Origin: a virus
Taxonomy: Duplodnaviria; Caudoviricetes
DNA length: 54,412 bases
Virus record (IMG/VR): IMGVR_UViG_3300025168_000113
Location: 1 to 54,412 of that record
Direction: 5' to 3' (one strand)
The notes under the pieces are model-generated. The model searched no databases. It was not told the origin of the DNA and saw nothing but the letters and a program-made list of their open reading frames with translations. A program made the translations under genes and the position numbers. Below, in pieces: positions 39,438 through 48,606 of the stretch (its first letter is position 1; each line of letters begins with the position of its first letter).

Positions 39438-40347
39438 TTTTTACAAATGTTCCGTTAACCATTTTGCCTTTACGGTTTTTGATCTCACCATAAGCAACAT
39501 CAATACAAGTTTCAATTGATGTTCCACCTAACATAGCCATATTAGTTAACACTACGACCATATCGCCTATAGCATCCATAAACTCTATGTCGTCCTCTTT
39601 AAGTATAGCTCTACCTAATTCGCCAGCTTCTTCCATAAGCTTACAGAACTGAGTTTTAGTATCACCTTTGTCATACAATCCTCTTTCATCTGCCCAATCC
39701 CTGATCTTTTGAAATCTATCTGTTTCTTTAACTTCTAGATCTTGATAAGTTTCACGTGTATTAACAGCTCGTGAATGTGATATTAATTCTGCCTGCATTG
39801 CTTCTATATGTTCTAACGCTTTAACAGCAGCTTCCTTAGCATTGACCTTGGCTTGTTTAAGGTTGTTGTTAACGAACTTCTCAAAGAAAGCTTTGTTATA
39901 AATATAGCTACGCTTTGTATCATACATCGATGCTTTAGCGTTGTTAACGATCCAATCGACCGTGTCTCTGTCTAACTCGAACTTACCAAAAACAGTTTCC
40001 CATGTTTCACCCATGTTGTCCATTAAATTACCTTTAAGTTTGTTTAAAGGATATGGAAATGTTGATGTCATTTCTGTTGCGTTTATTTTCATCTTTTTAC
40101 CTAAATTTTTATATTCTACTCTGTCAATCTTATAGCCATAAGACTGTTGAAGTTCTATCTCACGTTTTGATATATAATCTATATCGTCACTATGATCAAG
40201 AACTTCATATTCGTCTGGAAAATATCCCTGTTGTTTTGTTACCCTATTATTAAGATCACGTGTGACCCCAATCTTTTTACCCGGGATGTGGTATAAATAA
40301 TACATTATTTTATCCATAGTAATTTGCCTTTCTTTGTAATAAGCCAT
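39430..40347 (-). CDS. Fusion of a GIY-YIG-like N-terminus and a C-terminal MazG nucleotide pyrophosphohydrolase
   Basis: YYLYHIPGKKIGVT..L..R at the N-terminus; KLMEEAGEL...DAIGD...GTFVK at the C-terminus. Confidence 0.75.
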   Translation of the reverse strand: MAYYKERQITMDKIMYYLYHIPGKKIGVTRDLNNRVTKQQGYFPDEYEVLDHSDDIDYISKREIELQQSYGYKIDRVEYKNLGKKMKINATEMTSTFPYPLNKLKGNLMDNMGETWETVFGKFELDRDTVDWIVNNAKASMYDTKRSYIYNKAFFEKFVNNNLKQAKVNAKEAAVKALEHIEAMQAELISHSRAVNTRETYQDLEVKETDRFQKIRDWADERGLYDKGDTKTQFCKLMEEAGELGRAILKEDDIEFMDAIGDMVVVLTNMAMLGGTSIETCIDVAYGEIKNRKGKMVNGTFVKNG

Positions 40348-40993
40348 TCTTGTTTAAATCTCTCTCGTACAAATGTAAATTGTGTGCAAAGTGGAAATAT
40401 GAACCCAGTTCATATCCTGTCCTCTCTGCAACAACCTTCATCAGTTCTGAAAAACAATATTGATCGTTACAGAAACCGAACCAGAGATCATTAGATCGCA
40501 TCGTCACACACATCTGCAGTCTATTATTTACAACTGTAAACTGAACCGCGTATGTACATGGAGTATCTTTACGATACTTATTTATTTCTTTACCATCGTA
40601 TATTGATATTGCAGCTTTTCTAGTATTAGGGTTGTCTTTTAATTGTTGTACAACTTTATCTAGTTGATGAGCTCTTTCCCATTGATAACCATAATTAGAG
40701 TTAACTAATTTTTTAGGTCCTAAAGCCATACGTTCCCATATTGCAGGTACTTTACCATACAGCTCTCCTAGTTTATCAACAGAATCATCACCTGATAAGT
40801 ACCATTCCCATTCTGCTTCTGCATATTTTAAATTCCAATCCCTGTACCAAGTATCTATGTGATTGTCTGTTGGGTTGTTTATATAAAACCCTACATTGAA
40901 CATAGCTTTAGTACCATCAAAACCAACTCCGTGTTGATCTATAAGATTGTAATAGTATTCAAATGCTTTTTCTGCGTTTTTAAAATTCTCCAT
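40310..40993 (-). CDS. Thymidylate synthase superfamily enzyme, dCMP hydroxymethylase/methylase-like
   Basis: EWEWY, VNSNYG, DTPCT (catalytic Cys), MRSNDLWFGFCND and NLHLYE. Confidence 0.85.
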   Translation of the reverse strand: MENFKNAEKAFEYYYNLIDQHGVGFDGTKAMFNVGFYINNPTDNHIDTWYRDWNLKYAEAEWEWYLSGDDSVDKLGELYGKVPAIWERMALGPKKLVNSNYGYQWERAHQLDKVVQQLKDNPNTRKAAISIYDGKEINKYRKDTPCTYAVQFTVVNNRLQMCVTMRSNDLWFGFCNDQYCFSELMKVVAERTGYELGSYFHFAHNLHLYERDLNKNGLLQRKANYYG

Positions 40994-41248
40994 TTAATTA
41001 TATTTATCGTAGTAAAACTTGTAAAGCTCAAAAACTTTATCGTATAGCTCGTCTGGTCCGTAGCTTTTAGGACTCATTTGCTTTTTACCGTCTACTGTTA
41101 TTTGTATATCCCAGTCTCTATTTCTACTACCTGATGTACATGCTAAACAACCTATTGTTATTCCGTGGTTTATACACCAACTATAAGCTTCTAAGTTTTC
41201 TGGGTTACCCCAATCAGGGGGTTTTGGTTCTATTGTTTTTGCTGGCAT
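40994..41248 (-). CDS. Hypothetical protein
   Basis: 84-aa ORF in the operon. Confidence 0.6.
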   Translation of the reverse strand: MPAKTIEPKPPDWGNPENLEAYSWCINHGITIGCLACTSGSRNRDWDIQITVDGKKQMSPKSYGPDELYDKVFELYKFYYDKYN

Positions 41249-41702
41249 CTTCTTTTGGTTTTAATTCTTCTTTACTAACTAAAACATTATTTATTATTTC
41301 TTCATATTTTAGTGGTGGTATTGGCATCCAGTGCGTAATTGATTGACCGAAAAATGAATCGGCACCAAATGTATCCCACGCCCATGGTACCATATTGTTC
41401 CCGTGTTCATCTCCTTGTTTATAGGTATCACTTCTTAATCCACTAATCTTGTAAAATCCGTGGTCTTCTGCTGGACTATCTTGATAATCCTTGGAAGTGC
41501 CTTTCATTTCCTGCCGTTCTTTTTCACTAATTCCACGTACAAGTTTTACAACTACGGTATTTACATTTTCTTGGTCATCGCTATCGTGCCAAGTGCCTCT
41601 ATTGTGTTTTGCTAATACATATTTACCTTCTTCAGGTAATTTATCTTTTACGTTAATCCAACTCATCTTCTTTAACTTTAATTTCCATTTAGGTAGTTTC
41701 AT
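41214..41702 (-). CDS. DUF551-like protein
   Basis: WINVKDKLPE...ITHWMPIPP; start may be at 41666 (MSWINV). Confidence 0.6.
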   Translation of the reverse strand: MKLPKWKLKLKKMSWINVKDKLPEEGKYVLAKHNRGTWHDSDDQENVNTVVVKLVRGISEKERQEMKGTSKDYQDSPAEDHGFYKISGLRSDTYKQGDEHGNNMVPWAWDTFGADSFFGQSITHWMPIPPLKYEEIINNVLVSKEELKPKEDASKNNRTKTP

Positions 41703-41714
41703 CTTCTTTTGGTT

Positions 41715-43427
41715 TTAATCCCATGGCATTCTCTCTTCTAACTCAGGTTTAACTTCTGGTATGAAACAACCTGATTTATGTTCCCATGTAAAGAAAGCTT
41801 CTCCTTGGTTTTCACCTAGGTTTTGAAACTTAACTTTAAGAACTTTAACTTTAGTTGTTTTTTGTTCATAGTCTCTATGTACTAATAAACCGTGGTAACT
41901 AGCGTCATACCATTCACCACCACCTTTAATGTTGTACATTGTTGGTTCTTCAATCTTACCATCATTGTTCTTATACATCTTAGTAGGGTGAGCTACAATA
42001 AATACTAGTACATCATACTTTTTAGCAAATATTTCTATCTTAGTTAAGTACTCCATAGTATAACGATTAACATCTTCAGTTTGGCAATCAACATCTCTTA
42101 CTTTATTATAAGGATCTATTACTAAACATTTGATACCTTTACGTTTTACTAGCTCAGCACCTTTACGCAGTACAGACTCTAACGTGTATCTTTCCATATC
42201 TATAAAGAAGAAGTTGTCATTAATATGATCTGCCACTTCATTCCATTTAGCTTTACCTATATCGCACTTAGTAGGCATGTCACCCCATACTTTACGCATT
42301 AGCTTGTGAGCATGTAAATAAGTAGGATGGTTTTCAGGAGACGCAAAAGCAGTTTTCCAACCATAGTTTTGGTTATAGCCTACAACCATTTGATCCACCC
42401 AATCAGACTTACCTGATGAAGGAATACCGGTTACAGTTATAAACTGACCTGTATATGTACTAAATACATCATCAAAGTTTTCTAAACCTATTTGAAACCC
42501 AGGTTTAAACCCGTTTTCAACAAAATCAGTTATATCATCTTCAATGTCTCTAAACGTAGTTACGTTTTCTAGAGGTACAGGTTTTGCTTTAGTTATCCTT
42601 TCTTTTAACGCTTCTTTACCCTCTTTTAATAGGTATTCATTCGCGTCTTTGCAATCTTTAAAGTCTACTAAGAAACAAACCTCAGCGCCTAGTCTTCGTA
42701 TTAACTCAGCTTGTAAAGCTTGACCAGGAGCATCAGAATCAACCGCTAGTATTATCTTATCTTTATCGTCAAAATAATCTATACAGTTATCTAAGTAGTC
42801 TAAGTTATTAGTATTTAAGGTTGCGCCATTCGGAACTGAGATAGCGTTAGATATACCTGCCTCGTATAAGGCTAGAACATCCATTTCACCTTCGGTTATT
42901 ACACACCAATCGTGACCAACAGTGTTGTCTATATTATAAAATACTTTTTCAGCGCCTTTATATAATTTAAAATTCTTACGCCCATCTCTATATTTTATAT
43001 TTACAAGATTTCCACCTACAAAATAATTAAAGTGAATTGTATTTTCTGTTTTACCAGTTTGTGGCATAAACTCTTCACCTTCACCTACATGTAAATCTAT
43101 TAAAGTTTGTTTTGATATACCTCTAGTTTTAAACCATTTTTCTGCTTTTGTACTATTAATAGCATTATTAGGATGTGGAGGTGTAACATAAACTTTTTCA
43201 GCTTTACCTTTACGTTTGTAAGTGTGTAGTTGAAATGTTGAATCACAATTATGACAAGTACCTAATCCACGCTCCCAATCATAAGAAGCACATTTAGCTT
43301 TCTTATTTTCAGGTTTCCTAGAAGACGAACACAGGGGACAAGTCCCCTGCGATTTACCTGCTTCTAAGCCGTGCTGATTAAAGTTGTCAATTGTAAAACC
43401 ATTGATTTCTTTATCTTCGACTTGCAT
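41715..43427 (-). CDS. Primase-helicase (T7 gp4/Twinkle-like)
   Basis: Zn finger CPLC...CHNC, TOPRIM EGEMD and DSDAPG/KDANE, SF4 helicase TGIPSSGKS, LVIDPY and VAHP. Confidence 0.9.
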   Translation of the reverse strand: MQVEDKEINGFTIDNFNQHGLEAGKSQGTCPLCSSSRKPENKKAKCASYDWERGLGTCHNCDSTFQLHTYKRKGKAEKVYVTPPHPNNAINSTKAEKWFKTRGISKQTLIDLHVGEGEEFMPQTGKTENTIHFNYFVGGNLVNIKYRDGRKNFKLYKGAEKVFYNIDNTVGHDWCVITEGEMDVLALYEAGISNAISVPNGATLNTNNLDYLDNCIDYFDDKDKIILAVDSDAPGQALQAELIRRLGAEVCFLVDFKDCKDANEYLLKEGKEALKERITKAKPVPLENVTTFRDIEDDITDFVENGFKPGFQIGLENFDDVFSTYTGQFITVTGIPSSGKSDWVDQMVVGYNQNYGWKTAFASPENHPTYLHAHKLMRKVWGDMPTKCDIGKAKWNEVADHINDNFFFIDMERYTLESVLRKGAELVKRKGIKCLVIDPYNKVRDVDCQTEDVNRYTMEYLTKIEIFAKKYDVLVFIVAHPTKMYKNNDGKIEEPTMYNIKGGGEWYDASYHGLLVHRDYEQKTTKVKVLKVKFQNLGENQGEAFFTWEHKSGCFIPEVKPELEERMPWD

Positions 43428-43438
43428 ATTTAATTGTA

Positions 43439-43744
43439 TTAAAATGGTAGATCATCTTCTGCTTCTACCTTAGCAGTTGGTTTTTGAGGTTGGTCTCCAA
43501 AATTCGGCTCTGGAAAATCTCCATTAGTCCAAACTACTTTGACGTTGCCTAAATAGGTCTTTTCAACTTTAGCTTCTCTTTCCTCTTTGGATTGATCAAC
43601 TATCACTGGACCTTGATTACCAAACTGGTCTGCTTCATCGTTAATAGTTATTGTAATTGGAAGATACCTACCCTTTTTTCCTTTGTATATTTTCTCTTTT
43701 GGTATCGCGTCTAAATTAATATTCGCTTTCACTATTCCTGCCAT
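43439..43744 (-). CDS. Single-stranded DNA-binding protein (putative)
   Basis: Small beta protein with an acidic EDDLPF C-terminus, in the replication cluster. Confidence 0.65.
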   Translation of the reverse strand: MAGIVKANINLDAIPKEKIYKGKKGRYLPITITINDEADQFGNQGPVIVDQSKEEREAKVEKTYLGNVKVVWTNGDFPEPNFGDQPQKPTAKVEAEDDLPF

Positions 43745-43746
43745 AA

Positions 43747-44484
43747 TTATAAGGTTTCGTTAATAAAATATTGTTGAGGTTCAAAGTCCTCAGACTCGTG
43801 AAACAATTCATACATTTCACAAGCTTTTTCTAATTTGTCCTTGCCTGACTTGTAAAAGTCTGGTGAACAGTCGAACAAGCCAATCTTGCCCGTATTTTTA
43901 TCTATAGCTATAAAAACCATTTCATAACCAAACAGTTCTCTGTAGATGTATGCTTGAGAATCATAATTGTATTTCTTAGCATTCCATCTAAATTTATCTA
44001 AATCACTTGTGGTTTTTAAGTCTATGATAAGTTGTTCCTCGTGGTTTAATATGTCAGCTTTACCTTTCCACATTTGACCATTGATCTCTGCAATAGCAGG
44101 TTCTTCGTAGTCTACATCTGCAACTGTTGGTGATATTAAGTCTCTACAAACATTGTTGTTCATCATCTTATCTACTAGAGCTTCGATCATATCAACTTCA
44201 TGCTGTAATAAACATAACTCACCGCCTGACATTTCTTTGTACACTTTAGTATTTCTACTACTTGATTCTATTATCTTGAAACTTTTTATTTTGTCAGGTT
44301 CTAGAATCGCTGTATGGAAATAACCACCTACTAAGAAGTTTGGATTGCTTTTAGTAGGTTTATGTAAGTCCAGAGGATTTTTAAGTAACGTTTTGATATT
44401 AGAATTGCTTAGATATTGTTGTCCAAACTCGCCATAGTAATGTTCGTCTATTCGTAACTTATCTATTATTTCTTGTTTTTTCAT
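43747..44484 (-). CDS. RecE/ExoVIII-like PD-(D/E)XK exonuclease
   Basis: LSNS, G..FHTAILEP, KGKAD, IIDLKTT and YDSQAYIY. Confidence 0.8.
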   Translation of the reverse strand: MKKQEIIDKLRIDEHYYGEFGQQYLSNSNIKTLLKNPLDLHKPTKSNPNFLVGGYFHTAILEPDKIKSFKIIESSSRNTKVYKEMSGGELCLLQHEVDMIEALVDKMMNNNVCRDLISPTVADVDYEEPAIAEINGQMWKGKADILNHEEQLIIDLKTTSDLDKFRWNAKKYNYDSQAYIYRELFGYEMVFIAIDKNTGKIGLFDCSPDFYKSGKDKLEKACEMYELFHESEDFEPQQYFINETL

Positions 44485-45017
44485 AACGTTGCTTGCATTA
44501 ATTCTTCTTGCTTGGCTGATACAATATACTTATTTTTTATTGTATCAATACTACCGCCTTTAGCTATATACTCTTTAGCCTTTGCTAATGATTCATTTGT
44601 AAGCTTTTGTTTGGTTGTACCATTTTTGCCATGAGTGTTTGTCGCATCACTATCTTGCGTATCATCTATAAGGAATAAATTCCCTAAAGCATATTTCTTT
44701 CCATAAGAAGACGCAGCACCATATTTTTGTGGCATTTGCATTCCTTTCTGCTCAAGATCCACACCTACAATAGCTGTAGCTGATATAGCATCAGTACCAT
44801 CAAATATTGTAGCAGTGCATTGTAGCACAGGCGCAGCATCTGTTGGTAACAGTTCTTCGTTTATTCGAACTGTAACTCCTAACTCCTTTAAAAATGGTTT
44901 TGTAGCTTCTAGGATGTCTTCAGCAGATCGGAAATAATACTTACCGAATGAATTAAATCTACTCTTTTTCGATTTGAATTCAGTTTGGATTTTACTCAGT
45001 TTTTCATTGATCGTCAT
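44481..45017 (-). CDS. ERF-family single-strand annealing protein
   Basis: FNSFGKYYFRSAEDI and GAASSYGKKYALGNLFLIDD..DSD. Confidence 0.85.
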   Translation of the reverse strand: MTINEKLSKIQTEFKSKKSRFNSFGKYYFRSAEDILEATKPFLKELGVTVRINEELLPTDAAPVLQCTATIFDGTDAISATAIVGVDLEQKGMQMPQKYGAASSYGKKYALGNLFLIDDTQDSDATNTHGKNGTTKQKLTNESLAKAKEYIAKGGSIDTIKNKYIVSAKQEELMQATL

Positions 45018-45060
45018 ATATATATAATTACATATTTAATTTAACATTTACAGTTCTAAC

Positions 45061-45825
45061 TTACAGATAATCAAGCACTTGCGAGTGATCTACGTTGTTA
45101 ATTAATTTCTCTACAGCTTGTTTTTTAAGCTCTGAAACCCTAACATAAGCAGACACACCTTTAATGTTTAACTTCCGTGCAATTTCCTTAGCAGACTTTT
45201 TATCACAGTCTAAACCGTAACTTAGTCTCAACACTTGATACTCCATATCGTTTAAATGTTTCTTAAGTAAACTTTTAAGATAAGCATTTAATATATTAGT
45301 ATTGTAAGGTTCTGATTTATCAGGTATGTTATTTACCCATGATCCATCCTTATCTGTGTCGTGTCGCTTAACTGCGTCAATGCTAAGGAATATACTGTTG
45401 AAGAACATTTCAACAAGTTTCCTGTCTTTACCGTTATCCTTTCGGATCTCGTTAAGTTTGTGTTCAGGTATACGAATATCACCTCTATTATGATCTATAG
45501 CTCTTCGTATAGTACCTTTAATTCTTTTAGCTAAAAATGATTTTAAAGTTCTTTCGACATCGTCGCTTTTTAAAAGATCATCAAAATCTAATTTATCTAC
45601 AGCAAGAATTAATCCTATACTACCGGCTTGCATAATATCCATGATACTCATTACACCTGAAGCTTCTTGTGAAGTTGAGAACTTTCGTCCTATGTTTTCT
45701 ACTAGCGGTAAGAACTTTATAATAAGTTCATCTCGAGTGTATTCATCCCACATTTTACCTTGCGGCTGTGAATGTTTTACATCTTCTTTATACCGAATGT
45801 AGTTTTGTACGTTGTACTTTTTCAT
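45061..45825 (-). CDS. Phage-encoded sigma-70 family factor
   Basis: Region 2 (LPLVENI...DIMQAGSIGLILAVDK), IRRAI...IRIPEH, region 4 HTH (LRLSYGL...AKEIARKL). Confidence 0.85.
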   Translation of the reverse strand: MKKYNVQNYIRYKEDVKHSQPQGKMWDEYTRDELIIKFLPLVENIGRKFSTSQEASGVMSIMDIMQAGSIGLILAVDKLDFDDLLKSDDVERTLKSFLAKRIKGTIRRAIDHNRGDIRIPEHKLNEIRKDNGKDRKLVEMFFNSIFLSIDAVKRHDTDKDGSWVNNIPDKSEPYNTNILNAYLKSLLKKHLNDMEYQVLRLSYGLDCDKKSAKEIARKLNIKGVSAYVRVSELKKQAVEKLINNVDHSQVLDYL

Positions 45826-46475
45826 AATTCAGAATTTAATAGTTCTTTCTCTTTTTTAAGCTCATTACCTATAGTTCGGTAGATAGTTCTATCAGAACAA
45901 TTAAGGTACATAGCTAATTTATTAATAGTAATCTTTTCTCCAGTATCATTAATATGGAGCATTGCGTTATATATATCATCTTCATGTACAATCTTTGATC
46001 TACCACATAACAAACCTGTTATTGAAAGTTTTTCTTCAGGTGTTAAAAAACAATTAACATCGAATATAACTTTACGTTTTCGGTTTTTAGGTGGTTGTTC
46101 AAGATCAGACATACTGACTTCGTATATAACATGTTCTAGTAATCTTTTAGATATAGTAAACGTAGTAAAGCCATTTGACTTTTCTGAAATTACTGCAGCT
46201 AAATCTTTGAACTCATCAGGGTTCATACTAGGATTCAAATACCATAAAACTAATAAATGCCACTTCAGTGATTTATAAGTATTGATTTTCGCTTTACTTC
46301 TAAATAATTCGTAACATTCATATGTACCATTTTCGTAGTATCTTCCCCATGGGTGCTCGACTGTGGGAGTTTCTGTGGGTACTGTACGGTATATGATTTG
46401 TCTATGGTTTAAGTAGTCTAAATTTCTATCGTATGACAATAGGCCCTTATTCAATATCTTTAGGGCTTTTGTCAC
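45822..46475 (-). CDS. DNA-binding protein with C-terminal HTH, possibly replication-related
   Basis: TINKLAMYLNCSDRTIYR HTH; true start may be TTG at 46439. Confidence 0.5.
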   Translation of the reverse strand: MTKALKILNKGLLSYDRNLDYLNHRQIIYRTVPTETPTVEHPWGRYYENGTYECYELFRSKAKINTYKSLKWHLLVLWYLNPSMNPDEFKDLAAVISEKSNGFTTFTISKRLLEHVIYEVSMSDLEQPPKNRKRKVIFDVNCFLTPEEKLSITGLLCGRSKIVHEDDIYNAMLHINDTGEKITINKLAMYLNCSDRTIYRTIGNELKKEKELLNSEL

Positions 46476-46557
46476 AGTCTAGCGTTTGGTATAAAATTTC
46501 ATTAGCAATGAAATCATATTTCCACGTATAATATTTTTTGTTTTTTGTTGCTCCCAT
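46447..46557 (-). CDS. Small ORF (36 aa), not in ORF track
   Basis: MGATKNKKYYTWKYDF...KDIE; ends inside a hairpin. Confidence 0.45.
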   Translation of the reverse strand: MGATKNKKYYTWKYDFIANEILYQTLDCDKSPKDIE

Positions 46558-46559
46558 AT

Positions 46560-46772
46560 TTATAGGTTTAATAGGTTTAGTCGTCTACTGTATTTCTTTT
46601 GTAGACTAATATTGTTTTGTATTTCCATTCTCAATAGTTTCCAATCGTCTTCATCATATTTTGTCACTACATGCATAGCGTCAGTAAATATTTGTTCATG
46701 GAGTTCTACAATTCTTCTTTCAAGATATTTTATATGTCTTGATTTTCTTGGGTTAAATTCTATTTTATTCAT
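46560..46772 (-). CDS. Hypothetical protein
   Basis: 70-aa ORF starting directly after a structured leader. Confidence 0.6.
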   Translation of the reverse strand: MNKIEFNPRKSRHIKYLERRIVELHEQIFTDAMHVVTKYDEDDWKLLRMEIQNNISLQKKYSRRLNLLNL

Positions 46773-46843
46773 ACCTACGAAAGCCCATACCGTTTCTGGT
46801 ATGAGCTGCTCAAAGGATGCCTGGTCGCCTTATTTATTCGTAG
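46773..46843 (-). ncRNA. Structured cis-element, copy 1
   Basis: Outer stem CTACGAA/TTCGTAG and inner stem GCTCATACC/GGTATGGGC; homologous to 49129-49245. Confidence 0.6.
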
Positions 46844-46920
46844 TATTTATCTAATATTTTATTAGCAACGTCCATGCTAATCTCGTTGTTTAGATATAAT
46901 TGAAATATTAATTTTCTCAT
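46834..46920 (-). CDS. Small ORF (28 aa), not in ORF track
   Basis: MRKLIFQLYLNNEISMDVANKILDKYYE. Confidence 0.45.
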   Translation of the reverse strand: MRKLIFQLYLNNEISMDVANKILDKYYE

Positions 46921-46924
46921 AATT

Positions 46925-47416
46925 TTAAAAACCTACCAATTCCACCCATGGAATTTCGGTATATATTTTTTCGTCTTTATTTGCTACTGTATGCTTTTCG
47001 CCTATGTAGTAATTCCAATAAGCTATAGTTGATAATTCATCTTTGTACTGATCAGGCATACATTGTGGTGGTTGGGTAAAACCTGTACAGGCTAAGCCAC
47101 CTGGTAGTATATTAAGTTTATCTTTACATTTAGTATAAGATAAATGCTCTTTGTTGTATCGCTTAGTATATTCTTCAGATAGTGCAACAAAATGGTCATA
47201 CAACCACGCGTAGTTTTGAGCTGATCTTCTCACCCATACTGTTGATGGATGGTTAACATGTGCACTTTTATAAGGTACATCTGCGTCCTCTCCCATTATA
47301 CAGTGATGTGCTGTACATAGCATTTGTGCTGATTCTAAGACCATCTTAACAACGTGTTTGTTGTATTGTACCTTAGCTGCGATAACTGGGTCTCTGTGTA
47401 AATAAAATATATTCAT
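46925..47416 (-). CDS. Pyrimidine-dimer DNA glycosylase/endonuclease V family protein
   Basis: MNIFYL...KHVVKMVLESAQMLCTAH...HVNHPSTVW...EYTKRY; start placed at MNIF. Confidence 0.75.
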   Translation of the reverse strand: MNIFYLHRDPVIAAKVQYNKHVVKMVLESAQMLCTAHHCIMGEDADVPYKSAHVNHPSTVWVRRSAQNYAWLYDHFVALSEEYTKRYNKEHLSYTKCKDKLNILPGGLACTGFTQPPQCMPDQYKDELSTIAYWNYYIGEKHTVANKDEKIYTEIPWVELVGF

Positions 47417-48270
47417 TCGTAATTTCTTAAACATTTAAATAATGGGTGTCTGTAAGAACCTGCTTGAGTTCGTTGAAAATAAGTGAATGTAGCTATCTTA
47501 CCAATATAATCGTGTATATTTTCTAGTAGCTTAGCCATATCTTCGTAGTCGTAACCTTTACCAGGTGGACAACCGAATATATTACCATCTTCATCTTCCA
47601 TAATAAACTTACCTAGTGTACCTTCACGCTTACCTTTACCTACTTCGTAGTTAATAATTGTAGCTTCAGCATCATGGAAGTCTTTGAACTTCATAAGATC
47701 CCATGATCTAGTACCTTTATATAGTCCATTAGGATTTCTATAAATTGAGCCTTCATAACCTGCTTTTAATGCTTTATTATGTATATCTTTTGCGGCTTCT
47801 AAAGAATTAACTTTATGTGTTCCAACAGTACGAACCTGTTTCATGTTTAAAAACAAGCCGTTAGCATCTATTATATCAATTATATGATCTAGTCTTTCTT
47901 CATAAGTTGGAGATAGAACATCCTCTAACGGAACTATATCATATACGTGATATTGTACTAACTTTTCAGCTTCTTTTCTGTGTTCAAATGTAGGTTTAGT
48001 CTTTCTTACTAATGAAATAATCTTTTCGAAATCATCTTTTAGTTTGTGGTTGTACAGTTCGCCATCTAATCTAATGTATGGGTATTTTTTAAACAGTGGT
48101 TTTAATGTTTCTATAATGTGCTCTACATTTTTAAACTCTTTCCCTGTTCTAGAAAAAGCACCTTGTTTTGTAAATACACATCTAACTCCATCAAGTTTGG
48201 GTTGCATAAGAGCAGGAAATACTGCTTTATCAGGATTGAACTTGTGTGCTAACATTGGTTTTATTGTCAT
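47413..48270 (-). CDS. Minimal ATP-dependent DNA ligase
   Basis: KPMLA, QPKLDGVR, LDGELY, YDI, EGSI and LMKFK motifs. Confidence 0.9.
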   Translation of the reverse strand: MTIKPMLAHKFNPDKAVFPALMQPKLDGVRCVFTKQGAFSRTGKEFKNVEHIIETLKPLFKKYPYIRLDGELYNHKLKDDFEKIISLVRKTKPTFEHRKEAEKLVQYHVYDIVPLEDVLSPTYEERLDHIIDIIDANGLFLNMKQVRTVGTHKVNSLEAAKDIHNKALKAGYEGSIYRNPNGLYKGTRSWDLMKFKDFHDAEATIINYEVGKGKREGTLGKFIMEDEDGNIFGCPPGKGYDYEDMAKLLENIHDYIGKIATFTYFQRTQAGSYRHPLFKCLRNYE

Positions 48271-48569
48271 AATTTTCCTAATTTTCCTTGTATTATTTTT
48301 AATTTCTTTAGTATTCTAGCTGCTTTTTCATATTCTTCTTTATCTTCGTAAATCATTAGAATTGTTTGCAGTCTAGCTAATTCACCAATTAGCATTTCTT
48401 CATCAGACATATCTGCGAATATACTTGCTAAGTGGTCAGTTTGTTTGAAGTCGTCTTCAAATTGTTTCTTTGCATTAGCTCTAGTGTCTGCATCTCCGAA
48501 TAGTTCTAACACTATTTTTGATGCAACCATATCAGCTAATTTTCGTAAGTCTTTGTCTGTCATATTCAT
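48267..48569 (-). CDS. Hypothetical protein with UvrB/C-like C-terminal motif
   Basis: EDKEEYEKAARI; ATG lies 6 nt after a promoter-motif copy. Confidence 0.6.
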   Translation of the reverse strand: MNMTDKDLRKLADMVASKIVLELFGDADTRANAKKQFEDDFKQTDHLASIFADMSDEEMLIGELARLQTILMIYEDKEEYEKAARILKKLKIIQGKLGKL

Positions 48570-48575
48570 ATTGTT

Positions 48576-48606
48576 ATTATCTATGAGTATTCGTATTTAG
48601 TTTGTA
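48576..48606 (-). promoter_or_regulatory. Repeated phage promoter motif, copy 1
   Basis: TACAAACTAAATACGA-ATACTCAT-AGATAAT. Confidence 0.8.

Noticed and set aside
46773-46843. Hammerhead ribozyme, suggested by CGAAA and a three-way junction on the + strand
   Set aside because: The CUGANGA core is absent on both strands.
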